DNA of 64,000 nt from Chlorokybus atmophyticus (lineage: Eukaryota > Plantae > Mesostigma and Chlorokybus algae): assembly GCA_009103225.1 (NCBI GenBank), contig RHPI01000772.1:490499-554498 (forward strand), given 5' to 3'. Under the pieces are notes generated by a model. It worked only from the letters and a program-made list of their open reading frames with translations. It was not told the DNA's origin and searched no databases. A program made the position numbers and the translations under genes. Below are positions 25,700-37,445 of the stretch, in pieces (positions within the stretch are counted from its first letter, which is position 1; every line of letters begins with the position of its first letter).

Positions 25700-27675
25700 C
25701 GTGGATGCGCAGTCGCTTGAATCGTCGGTAGCGTGTGCGTGGGGTGTCTGCTGTTGCAGTCTCCTCCGGTGGTGTCAAGCGCAGTGCGGCAAGCGCCCCT
25801 CGCTCAGCTGGGTTTTGCGCACTTTCTTGACCGCGGCCTGGCCCAAACCGTTCTTGCCTTGGCTGTTGATAAGCACGCTGTGGCCTGGGTGCCGGCGGTG
25901 CTGCCTGCGGCTGTCCTGGTTGTAGCGCCGGGGGATTGCGTCTCTGTGTGGCCGGGGTCATTCCTGGCAGCGTGCCCAGTGGGGAAAAACTAGAGCACCA
26001 GGTGTTTGTGGGCCCGCCTCCCGTGCGGCCTGTTCTTCCACATAAGTTCAGCGCACTGCATGAGCTGCCTCCCTGACCAGTGTACCTTCCCATGTGGCTG
26101 TTGGGTTGTTGATCACGTCACTCCAGCGGTGATTCTGAGGCTTGGGCTGGAAATACACTGCGCGCAGAAGCCGCGCACTTATGTCGTGGGTGATGGTGGG
26201 GACCCTTAGGATCCCTGCCATGTAGGCATCCCATCTGCCATTGACCACTCCAACCTCCAACACCGTTGTTGCTCGCGCCCGCACAGTGAGGTAAATCTCT
26301 GGCTGTTGAACATGCTGCTCGTAGGCAGCTGCGATGCGTCTGCGTTGCCGCGCTGCTTCCACCTCTGGCAACCTCGGTATGGCCTCTTGTACTCCTTCTA
26401 AGGTGTCAGTGGCTGTCGAGGCAACCTCGTCACAGGCTTGCCGTAGTGAATGCAGGAAGGCGCCCAACCAGAACAATCTGGTGCTGAAGGCGAACAGGGG
26501 GACTGCGGGGTGATTGGTGACTAGCCAAGTCACCAGTCTTGCTCGAGCTGCATTACCACCTTCTCGCATCCCCAGCATCCGTCTCAGACCGATGCCTTCT
26601 TGTCGGTGCAGCATGGTTGCTTGTTGCAACAGGGCAGTACGTAGTTGCTATTCCTCAATTGAACATGCTCCATCTCGTTGTGTCCACCCTTGCGGTGTGA
26701 GGTAGCCTCTCCCTGGATCCCGTTGATCTTTAGGCAAGTCTTCCAACAAGGCGGGTAGCAGGGCGATCACCCCCCTGGTTTGTTGGGCCAGCGCCCTCAT
26801 CTGGTCACCATTGGGCCCACCGACAAAAGGTGTTGTACTGGATGATGGGACACGACTGTTGGTTGAAGAACGCCAGCGCGAGGATCGGTAAGGGCGTGCG
26901 CTCTTGCGTCGATTGCCGCCGATTGAATCTGTCGCCAGGTGAATGCATGTTTCAGCGCGGTGTAGCGCTCATGACTTCGAATGGTATTGAGGGGCCTCAG
27001 TGCTTCGTCGTCACCCAAAGGCATGTTGGCTGTATCAGCCATGTGCTGCTGTACGTTGGGTTGCCGGTCCCTATATGTGTCCAGTGGGTTGGGCTAAAAG
27101 GGTTGATGACAGACTGGTGCGGGTTGGCGTGGCGCCATCTGCATATCGTTGTGCAGAGTCCAGAATAACTGCAGTGCCAGCTTCAATACAACAGGCGTTC
27201 TGACAACGAAGACACGGCCTCGCATGGGAGGTGCCATGCCGGCGAGGATTTCATCCTCCAGATGTCGCTGAGTCTGTTCTGGCAGCTTGTGATATTCAGG
27301 CAGTGGGAAGACTCGATCACTGCGTTTAATGCGTGTTGTGCGCTCCCCTCCGCGCCCAAAAGCAATGGTAGTGGGATCTGCCCCACGTATGATGGTCTCC
27401 CAAGCACGCTCAGCTTGCTGACCTCGCAGGACAGCCTGAGTGACGTCGAGGACGGGCAATGTAGCTAAGCGTGTTGCTGCAGCGGCAGCAGGCTCGACAA
27501 TGGCATTGTCGGTGGTGGCGAGAGTGCCGCTCAATGGCGCGAGAGTGGTCTCAAAGCCTGGTGGCACAGGTGATTCTGCGGTTGGAGCGGGACCGGTGCG
27601 ACCTACTGCTGCAGGGTCGGTGACAGCAGTAGCTGTGGCCTGCATGCTCACCAGTGTGGGCGCGATGGCGCTCAC
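25700..27675 (-). pseudogene. Unassigned long coding region between E2 gag and protease
   Basis: Chain of protein-like ORFs (27094-27675, 26797-27042, 26048-26629, 25659-26093), some joined in frame across TAG stops. No family recognised. Confidence 0.55.
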
Positions 27676-29610
27676 TGTAGACTAGTTTCTGGTGAAATTG
27701 GAGCAGTTGCTACTAGCGCTGACGGAGTTGACGTCGTAGCCGGTGTGACCGTTGCGGTTGGTGTAGTACCACTGGTGGCTTCAGAGGAGGTGGCTGCTGA
27801 CGATGTTGCGGCTTCCCCTCGAACTCGCCGGAATGGTTGAATACGCGATGGAGTGCTGGTGTCTCTCGTGCGCTTTGGAGCCACCAGTGCCCACCGGGCA
27901 GAGCAGCAGGCGCCGTAGTCCTGCTCCTTGTCTTCCTCCAAGCGTGCCATACGTGCCATGAGGGCAGCCATATGGTCATCAGCTGGCGGTTGGGCTGGAG
28001 CCTTGGCGGCAACAGCAGCAATGCGCGGACGTTTTTCCAGTCCCTTACGCTGAGGAGGGCGATTCTTCCCCCTGTAGCCTTGCTCTTCCTTGCGAGCATT
28101 GGCGTAGTTGTTTGTGTGGTTATGGCCTCCGGTGTGATTGCTGTTGTAGCCACCAGAGTTGTTGCCGTTGTGGCCTCCAGTGTTGTTGCTGTTGTAGTTG
28201 TTGACGGGTCTCAACTCGGGGAACTTGAGCCAGCAGACTGACCCCAAATGGCCTGTTTTGTGACAGTAGTCGCAGGCCAGAGTTGAGCACTTTTTGGTGC
28301 ACTCCTTTTTGTAGTGCCCATGCCGTCCACAGCAATGACACAGCACAGGGGCAAACAAAGCAGTATGCGCTGACCGTTTCCCTTTGTCGCGTGCTGGTGG
28401 AGCGTCGCGGCCACGTTCGCGGCGCGGAGGCTCGACAGTCGTGCTGGCTATAGGCCGTGAGGCGCTGCGGTTGGTGTCGAGCACTGCTTTCTTATACACC
28501 AAGCGCTTATGGATGGCTTGTGCAGTCTCGAAAGTTTCTTTGAGCGTGTAGCCAAGGGGCCTGCTGTAGTTCAGGGTCAGGCGCGTCGACTCGCTCAGGG
28601 TGGCATCTAACTCATTGACATATACCACTGCAGCCGCCTCATCGCTAACGATCTTGCAGTCAGTGTTCTTCAACAGCCCTTCCGGTCTGGAGTACAGGCG
28701 TAAGGGGTCCTCATTGGGCTTGCGCCGGAACCGCCTCAACTCCTCCACTTTGCTAGTGGTCTGCGGTGGGAAGGTGCGACGAAGTGCAGCGTATAGATCC
28801 TTGAGTGGAGAGTCAGAGATGGCAGCACCTACAGTGATGGCTGGTGCGCGCAGTGCAACTGACCCGAGGGTGAAAGCACTGCCTCCCGCACGAGAGCCAG
28901 GTGTTGCCATAGGTAGGGGCGTGCCCACCTCAACGGCTGCAGTTTGTTGTTTTTCAAGGATGGCAGCAGAACGGTCCAGGCTCCGGGCCCGTCGCGCGGC
29001 CGTCTTGATCTCAAATTCTGCAGGGGTCAAGTTGACGATCACCAACTCCGGTTCCTCCACCTCTGCTCTGTCAATGGCTGCCGCCATGGACACCCCAATA
29101 ACTGCAGCGGGAGTGGCAGGTGGAAAGATGGCTGCTGGACTGGTAGTGATGCAGGTGCTATGGTACTGGCGAGCTCGCCATAACCATCAACTCAATGCGG
29201 TTCAGCAACAGACTTCCAGACATCATGTGCTTCATGGTCAAGATACTGAGCAGCATGTGAAAAGAGATCTCATCTAACCAGTCTTTGTTCTTCAGAGCCT
29301 GCTGTCGCATCTTGGAGTGGAACTTGATGATGAATTCGTTCAGAGAGGTAGTGCCAGCACGTCCGGAGAAGCGCAGGGACGTGGTTGAGCTGGAAGACTC
29401 CATCTCGTAGTCGTCACTATCGGACGAGAGTGGGGAAGCTCGATGCCGTGGAGTGGACAGGAACGGAGTGAAGTCGGAGATAGCACGCGAGCCCCTGCTG
29501 CTACGATCGTTGCTCCCGTCGCTGATCCGCTCGTAGGTGAAGTTGGAGGTTGGGCTCCAGCTGCTGAGGTCACCCTCGTCTATTGGAGAGAACGGGGTGG
29601 GCCTCCTCAT
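27672..29610 (-). pseudogene. gag: E2 gag with two CCHC zinc knuckles
   Basis: FSGRAGTTSLNEF gag-like start; CHCCGRHGHYKKEC and CDYCHKTGHLGSVC. Frameshifted near 29250-29100. Confidence 0.85.
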
Positions 29611-29816
29611 ACAGCTAGTCCAAAGGTGAAAGTGTATGCAGGGTAGAGTGTTTGTGCTCTACCGCCTGTCTCGATGCCGCTACCATTTACCACACTAGTG
29701 CTTGTGCGCACTGTAATGATAGTGATAACGAATGCCCAGGGATGTGTCCCCAGATACAGACTGCACTATCTGATGCAGAATGCAACGCACTCTTGAGCAA
29801 AGAGGGTGACACTGCG

Positions 29817-30408
29817 AGTCAACAAGCCACTACTATAGGTAGTGCTGTTTACACAGCTCTTTGCATGAGCGGAAAATGTGTTACACTGTTAAGTGAGGTG
29901 AATGAGCAAGCAACACGTGGATACTATGCCCTGATTGATGACGACAAGCACACTGCAACCAGGCACACCAGGCCCACAGCGATGACAAGCACGATGCACA
30001 CGCGAGCATGCACAGGCTCTCACACAGTGAGGGGGTTCTTGGTAACCGGGATGGCGTGTTCGTAGTTCAAGTTGTTTCACAAACTCTTAGTTTTCTCACT
30101 CACAGTGTCACCAACTGATTCGGTGAACACTGTGACTACTTATACAAGTCAAGTCATGACTGTTTAGAACATAAGCTAACGGTCATACGAAGGCTATTTC
30201 CACAGCGATTGTCACTCGATGTAGAACACAACTTATAACTGTACAGCTACGCGCGGTGCCTATGTGGGCTATGGTCGTGAGCTACCTTGAAGTCATGACC
30301 TAGCTACTGTCAAGGACGCGCGCGCGTTGGTATGTCAATAGGCCGGGCGATGGTTTTGATGTAGACATGCCCAATGAAGGCTGGTATGTGTGGGCACCAG
30401 GCATGACA
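29817..30408 (-). repeat. E2 repeat B1 (5' terminus)
   Basis: Starts TGTCATGCC on minus; near-identical to 17928-18521. Confidence 0.9.
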
Positions 30409-30412
30409 AACT

Positions 30413-30540
30413 CCCCTTTAAACTCGGTCCCTTTAATTGTAAGGACCTCAGCACATGCCCCAAATTGGCTAAGCACGTTGCAACAAGCTTTTGTGTACTA
30501 TTGTGCGGTGCACAAGGGCAAAACCCTGCTCTCCATGTTG
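30413..30540 (-). pseudogene. Upstream fragment of the E0 integrase core
   Basis: NVLSQFGACAEVLTIKGTEFKGEF, continuing in frame at 17700. Confidence 0.8.
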
Positions 30541-31795
30541 TACTGGTAGAATTGGGTTTCGGCAAATCAGGTTGAATCCGCAACTTTGTAATGGACGAAG
30601 CCGGACGATTTGCGGATTTCGCTTATTGCATGACGGATCCATATATAGGATGTAGCTGCAGCCGGAGTTTTATTGCGACCTGTCGCAATCGGCAATCCGC
30701 TGGTGACGATAGTACCGGATCCCCAATAATGTTGAGGATCGGTGTTTACGTAATCAAGGGTTCAGGCCGTGAGAGACTCTTGTGTAAGTTGCAATTACAG
30801 TTGTGATAAATTCGTTAATAATGCGTCATTACTTCATAACGCAATTGAGGACTCGACGATAACAGTGGATTGCATTCAAGTTGCATGCTAAAGCTGTACA
30901 CATCATTGAAATTGTGACCGCTTCCATTAACGATACGAGATTTCATACTTAACAAACTCGGAACGCTATGATGGAGATTCCATTGTTACAAACCATAATA
31001 ATTATACGACCTCATCATTGCCAAATTGCCGGTTCAACCCCGCGGCCTACTCATGGCTTGCCCCGCGGCCTGCTAGTTGCAGGCCGCGGGGCAAGCAAGT
31101 AGAAGGCTGCGACTTGCATGTATAATCATTGGTAAACCATGGTAGCACATGAGGTAAACATGTAAAGACTTGACCAGAACTCCGCAACCAACCTTGCGCC
31201 AGCAGGTGGCGCAGGGCGCATAATGCAAACATCTGCCGGTAATCTCGCGCTGCGATTGGACAAAACGGCAAGTCGAACAAAGTCTCCCTCTCCAAGTCAC
31301 CTTCATAGTGGTAAAATCCACCTTCACCTTTATCTTTTGAACACAAGTGGTATATATATATAGACATACCGCTGTATGTAAGTATATATGAAATATATTC
31401 AAATATGTATGTATATTTATAAATGTATATATGAATATATATTTATATATGTCTATATGTACATATAAATATACTTAAATGGATATATACATATACCGGT
31501 ATTGCCGTTGTACGCAGATGTTAGTGCATGCGTGATACATGCATTGCGGCACGTGAGACAACTGAGGCAGCCGTTAGGTTATATGCTTTACAAACGCGCT
31601 GCAGGGTGTCTCGTGTCGTCGCAGTCTAGCTGGTCCATTGCTAGGTCATATGCTGTTGCTTGATACACCAAGTTCTGCCGCGCAGGTTCAAACCTTAACG
31701 ATGGTGAGACGAAAACCCGTTTGCTGTGGCTCTTTTGGGTTTCTGCCGCGAACTGCGGCCATAACATTCCTGGTTAGATCACGCATTAAGATTAA
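30541..31795. mobile_element. CACTA-like element copy 3, left part
   Basis: Starts TACTGGTAGAATTGGG; reverse-complement homologue of about 16310-17519. Confidence 0.7.
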
Positions 31796-33999
31796 GTTGA
31801 TTAATTAAGTTAATCTTTTTAATACATAATATAACCAAAAACTAGGATGGAGGCTGGCAGGGCCCGTTGGAACGTGTATTAGGGTTTGGCGTTTTACGGC
31901 GCCGGCTAGGCGGTACATATGTCTGGTTGTCGTTGGCGGCGGCGGCGGCGGTCGTTCGTCCGTACTGGCGTGTGGACGTGACGGGTTGATGTGCGGCGTG
32001 GGAGCAGTCGCCGTAGACAGCCGCAGGCGCAGACGGCAGCCGAACAGCTGATGAAAGTACGTTTGCTGCCATGTGCTACGACTGTGTGACTGACACCGGC
32101 GGCGGCGATTGCTTAATATGTTCGTGTTGTGGATGTGACATGGCCGTCTGTATGATAGGTATGATGTGGTGGTGGTGTGGGGTGAGGTCAGGTGCCGCTG
32201 GTGACGACACTGGAGCAATCGAGAGTAGATTAACTACAGTTTTTTACATGTGAAGGTAGAATGGTGTTTAAGTAATTTTATCATGCTTTATGGTATTGTA
32301 CGGCAACTGTATGTGAACGATGTGAACAATGTGCAGGAGTTTTTATTCATGGCTAGTTTGTGCGAATGGGGATGTCTTTACTGTGGGTCCAATGTAAAAG
32401 TGGGTGATCTTTTCAAAGTTCGTCAGCATCTGCAAACTGCTACCTGTCGTTATTTTTATGCGGTTCCATGGTGGTGGTGAGGAGAGTGGTGCTGATATGT
32501 AAACCTTAGCCAAGGCTATTCTTTTTACCATTCAAGTAAGTTTGTGCTGTATTATCTCTATTGTATTATCTTGTTGACATTATTAGTACTTATGGTTTTT
32601 ATCATATCAGGTGGGACAGCGTCCTCGTCATGTTCGTCCATTGGAGCGTGCCTTTATGCAGCAGCCCGATTTTGTATGTGTTATTGCTATTGTAACTGTA
32701 ACATTATGTGTATGGGTTGTTGTTGTCTCATGTTGTATTATGTAGTGTGCAGGTACCTGGGCCCGAGCGAAACAAGCGTTCAAGGCATTCAAGGTATGTA
32801 TTCATGTGTTACTGTTTGTTTGGTTTTGCAATATGGTTGCAAAGTTAGTGTGGTTTGTTAATGTAGGGCAAGCAACCACTGATTGCCTTACCGGTTCCCG
32901 CTGCTGTGGAGGAAGGCAGTCCTGCCGTTCCATATGTTGTTGAAGAGGCAGCAGTGTTCAATTCATCTGCTCTGCAAGATCAGCTGGTGTCACATCGTGT
33001 ACGTGTTGGTGGTGTGCAGACAAGTGATTGCTCGTGGACATGTGTGTCTGTTTGTGATTGTTGTTCCTCATTTGTTGTTGTTGCAGGTTGTCTTGCATGA
33101 GGAACTTGCAGCTCGCGATAGGGAAGCCAGTAGGTTGCGGTTGCAAGTGGATGATATGGCGGAGATGTGGGAGGTGTCTGGTGTGATGATGCAGGAGCAG
33201 CTTGCTATTCGTGATGAGGAGAATGTGCACTTGCGGCAGCGACTGGATCATGCCCATGAGTTGATTGCAGGATTGTCGCAGCGTCTGCAACAACTAGAGG
33301 ATGCCGCGGTGCCGCGCGGTGCGGTGTCCATGTGTTACTTTTTGCTTCATGTTGTGTTGTACATACAGTGTTGCATTCATCTCGGATCTCATCTAGTGCT
33401 AATTTTTGTCATATTTTTTGTATGTCCAGATGCACCTGATGGCGTTGGTTGTACAGTGGCTTCTCCGGTTGTGCTGCACAGTGATGGCGGTATGTTGTGG
33501 GTTGTATGTGCTTGAATTGTGTGTTATGTGTTTGATATGTATTGGTTGAACAGGTGCATGTGAGGAGGTTGCAAAGGGTACAAAACAAGGGAAAACTCGA
33601 GGCAACAAAGGCAAGCCAGGGAAGAAGACTGGCAAGCGTGCTTTTGAAGAGATAGATCTTGAAAATGTGTTGTCATCTAGGCAACGCAAGGTGCGGCGGT
33701 ATTTTGTGGTGTATGCTTTGCCTTGTGGTGTGTGGTATAGTTATACGTGATGGAATCTACAGGCAAGAGAAATTCCTATGAGTATCAAATCTGGCACTGT
33801 GAGCTATATACTGCAACATGTTGCCAAGGTGGTTATCACTATCATTGAGCTGCAATTGGACGCCTTGACTTTAACAAGTAAGTTTGTTGTTGTACTCGGT
33901 TTGTGTTTTTTTGCTTTTGTGTTTGTTATTGACTGTGTGTTTCTAGAACAACACCAACTGATGGATCTTCCTACTGTGGTTGGTGCACGGTTACTTTGG

Positions 34000-34560
34000 T
34001 AAGCCTCGCACTCTACCTATGCTCTATACTTGCCCCTATCTTATTCCTTTCCTTTGCATCTATACTCAATACTACCCCTGCCTATCCTCCTATCTTCTAT
34101 CGCCTATCTCCTATTCTTATCATATTCCTACCCCTATCCCTCTTATTCCCCTATCCCTATTTCCCCTCTGCTATTTGTCTTTTTATATTTATCCCTCTCC
34201 CTATCCTCGTTATTTTCCTTATCCCTTTCCCTTCCACGCACTCTTATTCTCTATCCCCTATTTCCTATCCCTATCCTTATTTGTATCCCTTCCTATCCTT
34301 GACTCTATCCACTTTTCTCTCTCTCTCCCCCTGTTCCTATTCCTATCCCTGTTCCTATCCTCTACTTATCACTATCCTTGTTTCTTTTCCTTATGTATAT
34401 CCCCTACTCCCTATCCATTTCCGTTATTCCTATCCCTCTGCCTATCCATATTTGCATCCCTTTTCCTACTTTTCTATTCCTTTTTCTCGGTCTCCCTCTT
34501 CCTATCCCTATCCCTGTTCATATCATATCTTATCCCTTACACTGTCCTTATCCCACTGTT
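34000..34560. repeat. Degenerate pyrimidine-rich (CCCTAT-like) intronic repeat
   Basis: Visible low-complexity CCTATC/CTATCC units. Confidence 0.9.
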
Positions 34561-35954
34561 CTCTACTTTTTGCTAATTGGAAGCTTTTTTGTTGAGTTGC
34601 CTCTACCTTGCACATGTGACTAAATACGTTTGCAGTAATCGATGTCGCGGGAGTATTGAAGACGTACATTGCACATGTGTATTGTGCAAAGGGTTTTGAT
34701 ATTTGTGCACAGTGCTTTCTTGAACGATGTAGTTTATCTTGTATAGCATCGTGCAACAATGTTAGCCATGTAGGTGCTATTCGTGTGCAGCAAGTCTTTC
34801 ATATAGATCACGCTGCTTTACGTTTAAAAGTCTCGCAACTGTCGAAGGGCCCTGCTGAGGCTGTGGTTGATGAGGTATATTTGTTCCCTTTTTCTGGTGA
34901 TTGTTTGACGATGTTGCTATATATTGCTTTATTTAACCTGGTTTGTTGCACAGGGTTGCAAGCTATGCATGGAAATGCGTGAGAGGAAATCGATCAGACC
35001 ATCATACAGGTGTTGCTTGTGTGTTGCTTCGTGTTTGCATTAAATCGTGTTAATAATGTACATGTTAATAGAGGTGTTGTGGTGCATTCTGATTGGGCGC
35101 ATATGGCGGTACAAGCTATCTATCTACCTGTGTACGAGACTAGTAAGGTAAATGTCAACGCTATGGTTGTTTTGTCCTATCTACTGTTTAGTTCAGTTGG
35201 TTGTGATTTGTCCGTTTCATGATTGCGTTGTTGTTACAGGACTATGACGTGTTTCGTATCCCACTGGTAAAATTCAACAAAGGTGAGATCATGACCAGTT
35301 TAAGGGTGTGTGTATGTGCATTGTGTTAAATTCATTTAATTATGTTGTTTGTAGATAAAGCTAGGTTGAGCCACTTCCAATGGCATTGGCGACGTGGACA
35401 TCGTGTCGTTGTGGAGCGTGTTAGACAAACTGGTGAAATGAGTGTTGATATGAGCGTTCGAAGTTTACGGCGTGATATCGGCAGCATTTCCCCCTTTGTT
35501 GTTGTGTTGGATTGTGATGGTTGGTGTGAGGTAGGTTTATTAATTGTGTTTATATTATTGGGTTTGTTTGTCCTCATTGCATTGTTGTTCAGGTCAAGTT
35601 GAGTACTGCCGAGTTTTTCCGAGGCTTTGCACATGGGTATGATACCTCCGACCACACACGCAAATTCTTCAAGTTGAAGGATTGGCCAACAAAGGTTCGT
35701 TGGCATCTGTGACCAAGGAAATGATGTATTTGTGTATTGATAATAATGTTGTTTTGTATTGTTAGGCTTCTTTACAAGATGTGCTACCTGCGCTTTATGC
35801 AGATTTCAGTGACATGTTGCCTTTAAAAGAGTACACGCATCCAAACGGTGAATTAAATTTAGCCAATTATGTTCCTGAGGTATGTGTTGATTAATGTGGA
35901 TTAATGTGGTTGCATAATGTTATTGCACATTACCACGTTTTTGCTTTTTTCGGG

Positions 35955-37445
35955 GTAGGGTTGGGTAAGGTAGGGATAGATATAGGGAGAGGGATAGGGG
36001 TAGGGAGAGGGATGCAAGAGGGAGAGGGAGAGGGGTACGGTAGGGATCAAGTAGGGAGAGGCACAGGGTGAGGGATACAAGGAGGGACATGGAGAGGAAG
36101 ATAGATAGGGATAGGGACAGGAACAAGGGTAGGGAGACGGATAAGGATAGGGATAGGGAGAAGTAGGGAGGGAGCGGGAGAGGGAGAGGGAGAGGGTAGG
36201 GATAGAGATAGGGAGAGGCATAGGGCTAGGGGAGGGTTAGAAGAGGGAGAGGGAGAGGGATAGGGTTAGGGAGACGAACAGGGAGAGGGATAGAAGAGTG
36301 AGAGGGAGACGAAGAGAGAAAGGGAGAGGGAGACAGACAGCAACAGGGAGAGGGAGAGGGATAGGGTCAGGGATAGGGAGAAGGAGGGGAGAGCGGGGAG
36401 GGAAGGGGGGAGGGTAGGGATAGAGATAGGGAGAGGCATAGGGCTAGGGGGGGGTTAGAAGAGGGAGAGGGAGAGGGATAGGGTTAGGGAGACGAACAGG
36501 GAGAGGGATAGAAGAGTGAGAGGGAGACGAAGAGAGAAAGGGAGAGGGAGAGAGACAGCAACAGGGAGAGGGAGAGGGATAGGGTCAGGGATAGGGAGAA
36601 GGAGGGGAGAGCGGGGAGGGAAGGGGGGAGGGTAGGGATAGAGATAGGGAGAGGCATAGGGCTAGGGGGGGGTTAGAAGAGGGAGAGGGAGAGGGAGAGG
36701 GATAGGGAGACGAACAGGGAGAGGGATAGAAGAGTGAGAGGGAGACGAAGAGGGAAAGGGAGAGGGAGAGAGACAGCAACAGGGAGAGGGAGAGGGATAG
36801 GGTCAGGGATAGGGAGAAGGAGGGGAGAGCGGGGAGGGAAGGGGGGAGGGTAGGGATAGAGATAGGGAGAGGCATAGGGCTAGGGGGGGGATAGAAGTGG
36901 GAGAGGGAGAGGGAGAGGGAGACGAACAGGCAGAGGGAGAGAGAGAGGTAGAGGGATAGGGGTAGGGAGACGGATAAGGGTAGGGAGAAGGAGGGGAGAG
37001 CGGGTGAGGGAGAGGGAGAGGGAGAGGGTAGGGATAGAGATAGGGAGAGGCATAGGGCTACGGGGGGGTTAGAAGAGGGAGAGGGAGAGGGATAGGGTTA
37101 GGGAGACGAACAGGGAGAGGGATAGAAGAGTGAGAGGGAGACGAAGAGGGAAAGGGAGAGGGAGAGAGACAGCAACATGGAGAGGGAGAGGGATAGGGTC
37201 AGGGATAGGAAGGAGAGGGAGGGAGAGGGAGAGAGAGAGGAGTAGGATAGCGATATTGAGAGGTATAGAAGAGGGAGAGGGAGAGGGAGATGGGGAGGAA
37301 AAGGGACAAGGAGATGGATAAGGATAGGGCAGGGATAGAGATAGGGGGAGGAATAGGGAGAGGGATAGAAGCTGGAAAGGGGGAGGGAGAGGATCACGGA
37401 GAGGGAGAGGGAGAAGGAAAGGGAGAGGGAGAGGGTAGGGATAGC
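35955..37445. repeat. Purine-rich (GGGATA/GGGAGA) intronic repeat with higher-order tandem units
   Basis: Block GGGAGACGAACAGGGAGAGGGATAGAAGAGTGAGAGGGAGACGAAGAG recurs near 36270, 36490, 36705 and 37100. Confidence 0.95.

Larger units (their letters stand above)
17705..30408 (-). mobile_element. Ty3/gypsy-type retroelement E2 (gag-ORF-PR-DNMT-RT-RH-IN-PHD) with split direct repeats; decayed
   Basis: TGTC...GACA termini; AACT duplicated at 17701-17704 and 30409-30412. Removing it restores the E0 integrase frame GTEFKGEFNKLL. Domain order PR-RT-RH-IN is Ty3/gypsy. Confidence 0.9.

Noticed and set aside
17705-30408. E2 as a DIRS/Ngaro tyrosine-recombinase retroelement
   Set aside because: No R-H-R-Y recombinase recognised. 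It has an aspartic protease, a DDE integrase with HHCC finger, TG...CA ends and a TSD.
33980-37400. Pro/Ser/Tyr-rich ORFs resembling extensins
   Set aside because: They are translations of degenerate CCCTAT repeats inside JmjC introns.
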